Below are positions 8,526 through 16,800 of a DNA stretch of 64,000 bases, piece by piece. Both the position numbers and the translations under genes were made by a program. Origin of the DNA: a virus (Duplodnaviria > Heunggongvirae > Uroviricota > Caudoviricetes); IMG/VR virus record IMGVR_UViG_2799112330_000002, positions 282,107 through 346,106 of that record. One strand, given 5' to 3'. Below the pieces are notes generated by a model. That model made no database searches, had not been told where the DNA came from, and was given only the letters and a program-made list of their open reading frames with translations. Every line of letters starts with the position of its first letter. Positions within the stretch are counted from its first letter, which is position 1.

Positions 8526-8946
8526 AGCTAGATATAATTATGATGTCTTAGACACTTATACTGCAGGAATTGTTCTTGTTGGTTCTGAAGTGAAGTCTAT
8601 CAAGAATGGTAATGCAAATATTGGAGATGCTTATTGTTATGTTTCCATAGAAAATGAATTGATACTGAAGAATGCACATGTCTCAAAATATGATTCAGAT
8701 ATCTTTACAAATCATGATGAACTTAGAGAAAGAAAATTGTTGTTAAAGAAAAAAGAGATATTGAAACTAAAAGAGCAAGCATCTATTCCGGGTTATACAA
8801 TCATCCCACTTAAGCTTTATGTAGATCATGGGCTTATAAAAGTTCTTATTGGATTATGCAAAGGTAAGCATGATTATGATAAACGTAATGATATCAAAGA
8901 TAGAGACAATAAGAGAGAATTAGATAGAATAATAAAGAACTTCTAA
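8506..8946 (+). CDS. smpB: SsrA(tmRNA)-binding protein SmpB, phage-encoded
   Basis: NRKARYNY, AGIVLVGSEVKSI, RERKLLLKKKEI, GYTIIPLKLY, GKHDYDKR motifs; start moved to MKIANRK at 8506. Confidence 0.95.
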   Translation: MKIANRKARYNYDVLDTYTAGIVLVGSEVKSIKNGNANIGDAYCYVSIENELILKNAHVSKYDSDIFTNHDELRERKLLLKKKEILKLKEQASIPGYTIIPLKLYVDHGLIKVLIGLCKGKHDYDKRNDIKDRDNKRELDRIIKNF

Positions 8947-9264
8947 TTATGTCATATGAATAAATGGATTGTCTTTTAATGCTATTACTATGTTTTCAAG
9001 ACGTTCACATATTTGTCTAAATGAACCAACATCTTTTCCTGTCAAACTAAACCATTCACCAATAAGTCTTTGATTAGCAAAATGATTATGAAGAAGTTTT
9101 TCTAGTCTAAATGGATATTCTGTCTGATAATATGAAGAAATAAATAGTTCAGTAGAATTACCTGTCTGGAGTTTCTTCATTCTATCTTCAATATCTTTTT
9201 GTTTTGTGACACCTATCTTAAAAGAATCTGTACTAGTATCACATATTAAATAAACATATCCCAT
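8947..9264 (-). CDS. T5orf172/GIY-YIG superfamily protein
   Basis: GYVYLI...FKIGVT...RMKKLQTGN...LEKLLHNHF...GEWF. Confidence 0.85.
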   Translation of the reverse strand: MGYVYLICDTSTDSFKIGVTKQKDIEDRMKKLQTGNSTELFISSYYQTEYPFRLEKLLHNHFANQRLIGEWFSLTGKDVGSFRQICERLENIVIALKDNPFIHMT

Positions 9265-9286
9265 TGCCTCTATATATTATATAATT

Positions 9287-10087
9287 CTATTTTGCCCAAA
9301 TAGGTAATTGCTTCTTTTGATCAGCGTTCAAAAATAAAATATTACCAAATGCTCCATTTAGTTTACTGCTTGGAACCTGACTTATATGCCATTTGTCCAA
9401 AGATTTGAAACTACCATTATCAATTGCTGTCATACAATTAGCAAACATTGCTTCCATGTCTTTGACTTTTGATACATCCCAATTAGAAAGATCACAATCA
9501 AATGAACGACAATTATAAAACATAGTTCTCATATTTTTTACATTAGAAACATTCCATTTAGACAAATCAGCATTTAATGTTTTATCATGAGCAAACATAG
9601 AATTCATTAATGTAACTTTACTTACATCCCAATTCTCTAAACATTTTCCTTCAAATGAAGATCCATAAAACATCATACCCATATTTGTCACATTTGATAC
9701 ATCCCATCCAGAAAGATCAGAATCAAATTTAGAACAATGACTAAATAATGCTCTCATATTTGTCACATTTGATACATCCCATCCAGAAAGATCAGAATTG
9801 AATGATGTACAATTACTAAACATAGAATCCATTGTTGTTACATTACTTACGTCCCATAGTGATATGTCTATATTATGAGGATCAAGTCCATAAAACAATA
9901 AATTCATATTAGTAATTTTAGATACATCAATATCATTTAGATTAGCATTTTTACCTCTTTCTTTAAGTAATTCCCTTATCAATTTTTTTAGTTCAAATGT
10001 TTGTTCAGGAAAATAATTATAGTCTGGGCTAAGATTGTCTTTTGATATTCTGAATTTCTCTGTAATGAATTGATTTAGTTTCTTCAT
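9287..10087 (-). CDS. DUF285/BspA-like repeat protein with CTS-like leader (7 repeats, mostly 25 aa)
   Basis: MKKLNQFITE leader; WDVSNVTNM..MF repeats with a 75-bp period. Confidence 0.9.
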   Translation of the reverse strand: MKKLNQFITEKFRISKDNLSPDYNYFPEQTFELKKLIRELLKERGKNANLNDIDVSKITNMNLLFYGLDPHNIDISLWDVSNVTTMDSMFSNCTSFNSDLSGWDVSNVTNMRALFSHCSKFDSDLSGWDVSNVTNMGMMFYGSSFEGKCLENWDVSKVTLMNSMFAHDKTLNADLSKWNVSNVKNMRTMFYNCRSFDCDLSNWDVSKVKDMEAMFANCMTAIDNGSFKSLDKWHISQVPSSKLNGAFGNILFLNADQKKQLPIWAK

Positions 10088-10113
10088 ATATTAGATTAAC
10101 TAACTTATTTTAT

Positions 10114-10716
10114 TTATTCTTTATACCATGCAGGAGGATTATTTTCTAATGGTGATCCAAAAAACATTTTACACATATTGCTAACATGTCCTACATTCCA
10201 TCCAGAAATATCTCCATTAAATTTTGCATCCCAAAACATCCAATACATAGTATAAACTTTACTTGTATCCCATTTAGAGATATCTCCATTGAATTCTGAT
10301 TCTTTAAACATTTTAGCCATTTCTCCAACTTTGCTTACATTCCATTCAGATATGTCTCCGTTAAACTTTGATTTGGCAAATAAATAATGCATATTTTCAA
10401 CATTACTTACATCCCATTTAGATATATCTCCATTAAATTTAGAACAAGCAAACATACCTTCCATATCTGTAACATTACTTACATTCCAATCAGAGATATC
10501 TCCATCAAAATAAGTATCAGAAAATAAATAAGACATATCGGTTATTTCTGATGTATCTATATCATTAAGATCAGCATCATTACCTCTTTCTTTAATTAAT
10601 TTATCTACTATGTTATGTAATTCAAGTTTTGTCTTAGGATGATAATTATAATGATGTTCGAGATTATCTTTAGATATCCTGAATTTCTCTATAATGAATT
10701 GATTTAGTTTCTTCAT
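10114..10716 (-). CDS. DUF285/BspA-like repeat protein with CTS-like leader (5 repeats)
   Basis: MKKLNQFIIE; FNGDISKWDVSNV..M..MF repeats; SPLENNPPAWY cap. Confidence 0.9.
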   Translation of the reverse strand: MKKLNQFIIEKFRISKDNLEHHYNYHPKTKLELHNIVDKLIKERGNDADLNDIDTSEITDMSYLFSDTYFDGDISDWNVSNVTDMEGMFACSKFNGDISKWDVSNVENMHYLFAKSKFNGDISEWNVSKVGEMAKMFKESEFNGDISKWDTSKVYTMYWMFWDAKFNGDISGWNVGHVSNMCKMFFGSPLENNPPAWYKE

Positions 10717-10724
10717 ATATTATT

Positions 10725-11606
10725 TTACTTATATTTATACCATGCTGGTGGATTCTTTTCTAATGGGGAATAATCAAATATATCTTCCATAAATTGAACT
10801 TTTTTTACATCCCATTTAGATATATCTCCATTAAATTCTGATCTGTAAAACATATGATACATATCTTCAACATTACTTACATCCCATTGAGATATGTCTC
10901 CATTAAAATTAGATTTATAAAACAGATTTTCCATATTCTCAACATTACTAACATTCCATTGAGATATATCGCCATTGAATCTAGAATTAAAAAACATAGC
11001 TCTCATATTTGTAACATGACTTACATCCCATTTAGATATATCTCCATTAAACTTGGAATCCCAAAACATTCCACTAATATCTTCAACATTACTTACATTC
11101 CATTGAGAAATGTCATTATTAAAAATACTATGCATAAACATATTATCCATTTGTTTAACATTACTTACATCCCATTTTGATATATCTCCATTGAATTTAG
11201 AGTTTGTAAACATATATTCCATTCTTTCAACATTACTAACATCCCAGTCAGAGATATCTCCGTCAAATGGTGAATTAGCAAACATCCATACCATGCTTTC
11301 AACATTACTAACATCCCATCCAGAAATGTCACCATTGAATTGTTGTAATTTTGAGTTTCTGCCAAATTTATAATGAAATATATCAAACATACTTGTAATA
11401 TTTGAAGTATCTATATCATTAAGATTAGCATTTGGACCACGTTCTTCAATTAATTTATCTACTAATTTCTCTAATTCTTGTCTTGTTTCGGGGTGGTATT
11501 TATATTGATTAATGTTGTCTTTTGATAGTCGGAATTTCTCTGTTATATACCCATGTAAACGCGGGATCCTTTCAGCTTCTGAAATATAGTGGTTTAACTT
11601 TTTCAT
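10725..11606 (-). CDS. DUF285/BspA-like repeat protein with doubled leader (8 repeats, 24 aa)
   Basis: MKKLNHYISE-AERIPRLHGY-ITE; 72-bp repeat period. Confidence 0.9.
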   Translation of the reverse strand: MKKLNHYISEAERIPRLHGYITEKFRLSKDNINQYKYHPETRQELEKLVDKLIEERGPNANLNDIDTSNITSMFDIFHYKFGRNSKLQQFNGDISGWDVSNVESMVWMFANSPFDGDISDWDVSNVERMEYMFTNSKFNGDISKWDVSNVKQMDNMFMHSIFNNDISQWNVSNVEDISGMFWDSKFNGDISKWDVSHVTNMRAMFFNSRFNGDISQWNVSNVENMENLFYKSNFNGDISQWDVSNVEDMYHMFYRSEFNGDISKWDVKKVQFMEDIFDYSPLEKNPPAWYKYK

Positions 11607-11624
11607 ATATATTAATTATTAATT

Positions 11625-12365
11625 TTATTTATACCATGCTGGTGTATTTTTTTCTAATGGGGAATTATCAAACATATCTCTCATAGTTTTAATATTACTT
11701 ACATCCCATGCGGATATATCCCCATTAAACTGAGAATCAACAAACATATTTGCCATATTTTCAACATTTGAAACATTCCACATAGATATATCTCCATTAA
11801 ATTGTGATCCATAAAACATACCATCCATATATTTAACTTCACTTACATTCCATTTAGATATATCTCCATTGAATTTGGACTTTTCAAACATACCAGTCAT
11901 ACGTTCAACCTTACTTACATTCCATTGAGAAATATCTCCATTAAACTTAGATTTTGTAAACATATATGTAGCATATTTAACACTACTTACATCCCATTGA
12001 GAAATATCTTGATTAAATTTTGATTCTCTAAACATCCATGACATACTTTCAACATTACTAACATCCCATTTAAAGATATCTCCGTTAAATTTGGATTTAT
12101 AAAACATACTATTCATATCTTTAACATTACTTACATCCCAATTAGATATATTACCATTAAAATCAGATTCTTTAAATAAAAAAGACATATCGGTAATTTC
12201 AGAAGTATCTATATCATTTAGATCAGCATCATTCCCACGTTCTTTAATAAGTTTCTTTACTAATTCATCTAGTTCTCTTATTGTCTTAGGGTGGTATTTA
12301 TATTGATTAATGCTGTCTTTTGATATCCTAAATTTCTCTGTTATGAATTGATTTAGTGTTTTCAT
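11625..12365 (-). CDS. DUF285/BspA-like repeat protein with CTS-like leader (7 repeats)
   Basis: MKTLNQFITE; same repeats and C-cap. Confidence 0.9.
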   Translation of the reverse strand: MKTLNQFITEKFRISKDSINQYKYHPKTIRELDELVKKLIKERGNDADLNDIDTSEITDMSFLFKESDFNGNISNWDVSNVKDMNSMFYKSKFNGDIFKWDVSNVESMSWMFRESKFNQDISQWDVSSVKYATYMFTKSKFNGDISQWNVSKVERMTGMFEKSKFNGDISKWNVSEVKYMDGMFYGSQFNGDISMWNVSNVENMANMFVDSQFNGDISAWDVSNIKTMRDMFDNSPLEKNTPAWYK

Positions 12366-12385
12366 ATATATATTAATTATTAATT

Positions 12386-13075
12386 TTATTTACACCATTC
12401 TCTATACCATTTAGGTGGATTATTTTCTAATGGAGATTCATCAAACATCCATCTCTTCATTATAACATTATTAACATCCCATTTAGATATATCTTGATTA
12501 AAATTACTATGCTGAAACATTCCTTCCATATTTGTAACATTGCTTACATTCCATTTTGATATATCTTGATTGAATTTAGAACGATAAAACATACTATACA
12601 TATTCTTAACATTACTTACATCCCATTTAGATATATCGCCATTAAAAATAGCGCCAGCAAACATGTAACGTGTATTTTCAACATTACTTACATTCCATTC
12701 AGAGATGTCTCCATTAAATTGAGAATTTCTAAATAAATTATTCATTTCTTCAACATTACTTACATTCCATTCAGATATGTCTTGATTAAATGATGAGTCA
12801 GAAAACATCCAGTCCATATCTTTAACATTACTAACATCCCATCCAGAAATATCCCCATTAAACTTAGATTTTTCAAATAAATGAGACATATTAGTAATTT
12901 TTGAAGTATCTATATCATTAAGATCAGCATCATTTCCTCGTTCTTCAATCAATTTATTAATTAACTGTTTTAGTTCATCTCTTGTCTCGGGATGATAATT
13001 ATATTGATGCTGATAAGTTAGATTGTCTTTTGATAGACGAAATTTCTCTGTTATAAACTGACTTAACTTTTTCAT
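12386..13075 (-). CDS. DUF285/BspA-like repeat protein with CTS-like leader (6 repeats)
   Basis: MKKLSQFITE; same repeats and C-cap. Confidence 0.9.
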   Translation of the reverse strand: MKKLSQFITEKFRLSKDNLTYQHQYNYHPETRDELKQLINKLIEERGNDADLNDIDTSKITNMSHLFEKSKFNGDISGWDVSNVKDMDWMFSDSSFNQDISEWNVSNVEEMNNLFRNSQFNGDISEWNVSNVENTRYMFAGAIFNGDISKWDVSNVKNMYSMFYRSKFNQDISKWNVSNVTNMEGMFQHSNFNQDISKWDVNNVIMKRWMFDESPLENNPPKWYREWCK

Positions 13076-13087
13076 ATATATTAGATA

Positions 13088-13630
13088 TTAACTTATTTTT
13101 TTATACCATTTTGGTGGATTCTTTTCTAATGGACATTGTCTAAACATATCTTGCATATCTTCAACATTACTTACATTCCATTTTGATATATCCCCATTAA
13201 ATGGAGAGTTTTGAAACATTCTTAACATATCTTCAACCTTATTAACATCCCATTTAGAGATATCTCTATTGAATTTAGAATCCTTAAACATTCTATGCAT
13301 ATCTTCAACATTACTTACATCCCAATAAGATATGTCTCCGTTAAAGCTTGATAAACGAAACATATCTGTCATATCTTTAACTTTGCTTACATCCCATAAA
13401 GATATATCACCACTAAAATCAGATGCAAAAAACATACCAACCATACTTGTAATTTCAGAAGTATCTATATCATTAAGATCGGCATTATTACCTCTTTCTT
13501 TAATTAATTTTTTTACTAATTCTTCTAGTTCTCTTGCTGTTTTAGGATGATAATTATATTGATGCTGATAAGTTAGATTGTCTTTTGATAATCTGAATTT
13601 CTCTGTTATGAACTGATTTAGTTTCTTCAT
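13088..13630 (-). CDS. DUF285/BspA-like repeat protein with CTS-like leader (4 repeats), first gene of the array
   Basis: MKKLNQFITE; same repeats and C-cap. Confidence 0.9.
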   Translation of the reverse strand: MKKLNQFITEKFRLSKDNLTYQHQYNYHPKTARELEELVKKLIKERGNNADLNDIDTSEITSMVGMFFASDFSGDISLWDVSKVKDMTDMFRLSSFNGDISYWDVSNVEDMHRMFKDSKFNRDISKWDVNKVEDMLRMFQNSPFNGDISKWNVSNVEDMQDMFRQCPLEKNPPKWYKKIS

Positions 13631-13653
13631 ATCTTCAATATTATTTTAATATA

Positions 13654-13664
13654 ATTAAAAATAA
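13654..13664 (-). promoter_or_regulatory. motif B (TTATTTTTAAT), candidate late promoter of the DUF285 array
   Basis: 23 nt upstream of the start at 13630; recurs upstream of structural operons. Confidence 0.55.
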
Positions 13665-13680
13665 AAAAGTGATGTAAAAC

Positions 13681-13709
13681 ATTGAATAATTCTACAAAAT
13701 AACTATATT
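13681..13709 (+). promoter_or_regulatory. promoter motif A
   Basis: ATTGAA-taattctacaaaata-ACTATATT. Confidence 0.8.
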
Positions 13710-13737
13710 ATTAATGTAATAATTAAATTTATAAGTT

Positions 13738-14481
13738 ATGAATATCATCGCTAAGCACAACAAGTTCTACAACCTCTACGAGGTTTCAGTTGAAAACATC
13801 ACATCCAACTACGGATACTCTCAGGACTGGACTTGCTACAAGAAGATCAAGAAGATCTCAATCAGCTTAGAGAAGGCCCAGGCCAAGTACCCCAATGCAG
13901 TCTATAATGCAGATCTGGTCACCAAAGCCGGCAGCTTCCGTATTCCTGACTACTCAACAAGAAAATGGATCGGTACGGATCGCATCCGCTTCGGTAAGTA
14001 CTTCGGTACTCTTATTACAGAGATGTTTGACCACAACTATCTTGCTTGGTACTACGAGCAGATTGAAGATGATCCCAAACACAAGAGGGTCATTGAAGAC
14101 TACCTCATTGATCACTGCGGCTACCAGATGAAGTTCATCGGACGCTACGGCTACTTGGTTTCCCCAGAACAGATCAGAAAGATGGCGATCACCAATGATA
14201 CTCGTCCAACAATCATCAAGAAAATTGAGACTAATGAACCAATCCTCTTCACTCCAGAACGCCAGGTCTCAGCAAATGGAGAATATTCTTTCCATGACAT
14301 CACCTTCAAATTCCAGGAGACAAGAGGTTACTGTTACGATGGATTTGTTTACTATCTTCCGGTACTGAACGGTAAGTCAAAGAGAATCAAGAACAAGCTG
14401 GTTCAGATCACAAAGTACAACGCAGAGAAAACTGAGGACGGAATCATAATCAATATAGAGGACTTCAAGATTAATAAATAA
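13738..14481 (+). CDS. hypothetical protein with a DUF3820-like (RFGKY...YLAW) segment; atypically GC-rich
   Basis: IRFGKYFG...NYLAWYY; many C/G-ending codons. Confidence 0.75.
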   Translation: MNIIAKHNKFYNLYEVSVENITSNYGYSQDWTCYKKIKKISISLEKAQAKYPNAVYNADLVTKAGSFRIPDYSTRKWIGTDRIRFGKYFGTLITEMFDHNYLAWYYEQIEDDPKHKRVIEDYLIDHCGYQMKFIGRYGYLVSPEQIRKMAITNDTRPTIIKKIETNEPILFTPERQVSANGEYSFHDITFKFQETRGYCYDGFVYYLPVLNGKSKRIKNKLVQITKYNAEKTEDGIIINIEDFKINK

Positions 14482-14651
14482 TTTTTACAAAAATTTCATC
14501 ATAACTCATCTCTGAAGGCCTCTATTCTGTGGATATATATTTCCATTAAAAAGATAATTGAGATGAGCTCAGATGAAAAGAATGGCGTTCTGATGAATAT
14601 TCTACATAACTTCAATTTAATAAAAGAAATAAACTTAAACTTTGAAAAGAG

Positions 14652-15008
14652 ATGAAATATTTTTATTGTATTAAGCGAAACGGAAAGAACTACCGAGAAG
14701 AGACAAGCAATGAGGTATATCCTGTTGTAGGAGCTGTCTATGCGGCTGAAGATGACAAGTTTCCTGAGTGTGCTTTGCCTGATGATGAATGGATTGAGAT
14801 CTCTAAAGAACAATATGAGGAAGCTTTAGAGTATAATGACTATCCATTTGTCTATGATGGTGTACATTGTGTAGGTTGCTGTAAAGAATGTGCAAAATGC
14901 ATTGATACATTGACATTCAGGAACAAAACTTATGTAGCTTGTGAAAATGAGACTGAACTAGTAAATAGAGATCCATACATATACAGGTCTTGCTGTATCA
15001 TCAAATGA
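14652..15008 (+). CDS. hypothetical Cys-containing protein
   Basis: 118 aa ORF with CVGCCKECAKC. Confidence 0.65.
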   Translation: MKYFYCIKRNGKNYREETSNEVYPVVGAVYAAEDDKFPECALPDDEWIEISKEQYEEALEYNDYPFVYDGVHCVGCCKECAKCIDTLTFRNKTYVACENETELVNRDPYIYRSCCIIK

Positions 15009-15231
15009 TCTCAAACTTAAGGTTTTTCATATTAGAACCGATGTCTATGACCTTACCTGAAGGTTTTGTCTTCACTTTCAATACTAGTTCATTATTCTTT
15101 ATATAATAAGACAAAACTTTGCCATAGACATTAAAATTTGGAAAGAACTCGCAATCACTTGTAAAATGTGAGTTCTTTCCAATTAGTGTCATTATTATCT
15201 GTTTGAATGAATATTTAGATATGTTTTCCAT
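15001..15231 (-). CDS. hypothetical protein
   Basis: third gene of the - strand operon, 3 nt after the protease stop. Confidence 0.65.
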   Translation of the reverse strand: MENISKYSFKQIIMTLIGKNSHFTSDCEFFPNFNVYGKVLSYYIKNNELVLKVKTKPSGKVIDIGSNMKNLKFEII

Positions 15232-15234
15232 AGT

Positions 15235-15867
15235 CTAATCAATGATTGTCCAGCATTCAAGTATTTTGTCAAAGTCTTGATATTTGATAATAGCATATCC
15301 ATTGTTACCATAAGACTTTCCCCAAGAGTTTCTGATGATAAAGCCTTCTTTGTTGTACCCAATGATTGCAATAGCATGTCCACCATGATTCTCTTTTCCA
15401 TTCCAGAACTCTGGTGACTTTCCAGTACTTCTTACAAACATACCACCAATGCATGGGCCGTTCAACAACAAAGCATGCTTAAGGGCTTGTATTGTCTTCA
15501 CCATTGCATAACGCTCTATCTTTATGTTCCCTTTGTCAGACATTACGCCATTCTTACGAAGGAAACTTAATGCTTCTTTGAATGACATACCATTATCACC
15601 AGGAATTGATCTTGCTGCATATATCTGTTTCTTGTCAATATGTATTGAACTATATATTCTTGTCTTAGAGTCAATATTGTAGTTCCAGTCTAAATGTGCA
15701 GCAATGGAATATGTAACACACATGTTAGTTGCTCCCTGATTTTCTACTTCTGGCAAGAACTCTATATAGTCATAAGATTCTGGAATGTCAAAGTTCTTTA
15801 TTTCTTTGAATTGCTGTTCTGTACCGTCTAATTTTGAAGGCGCCCATCCATAATTGATTTCTTTCAT
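15235..15867 (-). CDS. papain-like (C1 family) cysteine peptidase
   Basis: VENQGATNMC (oxyanion Q, catalytic C), GGHAIAIIGY (H), IIRNSWG..YG.NGY (N). Confidence 0.92.
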   Translation of the reverse strand: MKEINYGWAPSKLDGTEQQFKEIKNFDIPESYDYIEFLPEVENQGATNMCVTYSIAAHLDWNYNIDSKTRIYSSIHIDKKQIYAARSIPGDNGMSFKEALSFLRKNGVMSDKGNIKIERYAMVKTIQALKHALLLNGPCIGGMFVRSTGKSPEFWNGKENHGGHAIAIIGYNKEGFIIRNSWGKSYGNNGYAIIKYQDFDKILECWTIID

Positions 15868-15870
15868 AGA

Positions 15871-16221
15871 TTACTTTTTGATTCTTTTTGTTATCTTATA
15901 TTCGCCTTCATTCTTTTGAACTAATCTATATATATATTCTGTATTTCCTTGATATTTGATGTACATATACTCCTTGATCTCTGAACCATCATAGCCATCA
16001 TAAGCATATAACGAATGCCACTTTGCCAGATTGTTACTTATTCTGTCTGCTCTGCATATTGAGTCAAACTGAGCCTTTGTAAACTCTCTTTCATACTCAT
16101 TATACATAGACATCCCAAATATCATAGCATCATCTGGAAGCTCTATAAGCTGCTTATGAGAATGACAGGACATCAATACAGCTAAGCATAATACAAAAAG
16201 GAAATGAATTGTCTTCTTCAT
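15871..16221 (-). CDS. putative lipoprotein
   Basis: MKKTIHFLFVLCLAVLMS-C lipobox. Confidence 0.75.
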   Translation of the reverse strand: MKKTIHFLFVLCLAVLMSCHSHKQLIELPDDAMIFGMSMYNEYEREFTKAQFDSICRADRISNNLAKWHSLYAYDGYDGSEIKEYMYIKYQGNTEYIYRLVQKNEGEYKITKRIKK

Positions 16222-16277
16222 ATCTTTAACTACTAATATATTGTTATGTTATATATTATATAGTTAAAAATAAATTC

Positions 16278-16676
16278 TTAAGGCTGATATATTATTCCAT
16301 TGATAGTGAAGTAGGGAGTCTCAATACCTTGTCCTATAAGATCAGTATAAGATATCTCTTGAAGATTCTCTAGTTCATACCCAATTTTCTTAAGATCTGA
16401 CTTGAATGACTCAATAGCTTCTGTCTTATCTTCAGTAATAGCATACAATACTACAATATCATCATTGATAAGTCTGTATAATGTGAATGACAATGGGATC
16501 CCTTCATAGATATATGTGTTCTTGAATTGTGTGGCAAAAGCTAAGAATTCATTGACGGTCATTTTCTTGTCTAATTCTTCTAACAGCTTCATATTGCTTT
16601 CAATCTTGTTCTTAGCAATCACAAAGCTTTCTATGTCTTCATTGAATTTTGATATGTCACAATAATAAGTCTTCAT
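16278..16676 (-). CDS. hypothetical protein
   Basis: 132 aa ORF with motif B upstream (16703-16713). Confidence 0.7.
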   Translation of the reverse strand: MKTYYCDISKFNEDIESFVIAKNKIESNMKLLEELDKKMTVNEFLAFATQFKNTYIYEGIPLSFTLYRLINDDIVVLYAITEDKTEAIESFKSDLKKIGYELENLQEISYTDLIGQGIETPYFTINGIIYQP

Positions 16677-16769
16677 AATAAATATATATCATTATAAATT
16701 TGATTAAAAATAACAAAAATATTTTATTTCATTGGTGAACAGAATATACAAAAAATTAATTTATCATTT

Positions 16770-16780
16770 TTATTTTTAAT
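16770..16780 (+). promoter_or_regulatory. motif B (TTATTTTTAAT) upstream of the structural operon
   Basis: 20 nt upstream of 16801; the divergent gene has its own copy on the - strand. Confidence 0.55.
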
Positions 16781-16800
16781 ATATATAGAAACAATTTACA

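Noticed and set aside
10854-13550. + strand ORFs antisense to the DUF285 genes (10854, 11110, 13332) and 11165 on the - strand
   Set aside because: These are shadow frames caused by the repetitive coding sequence, with no independent start signals.
9287-13630. 72/75-bp periodic DNA as a CRISPR array or DGR template
   Set aside because: The periodicity is in-frame protein repeats with synonymous variation. There are no constant repeat/unique spacer pairs, cas genes, reverse transcriptase or adenine-specific TR/VR pair in the window.
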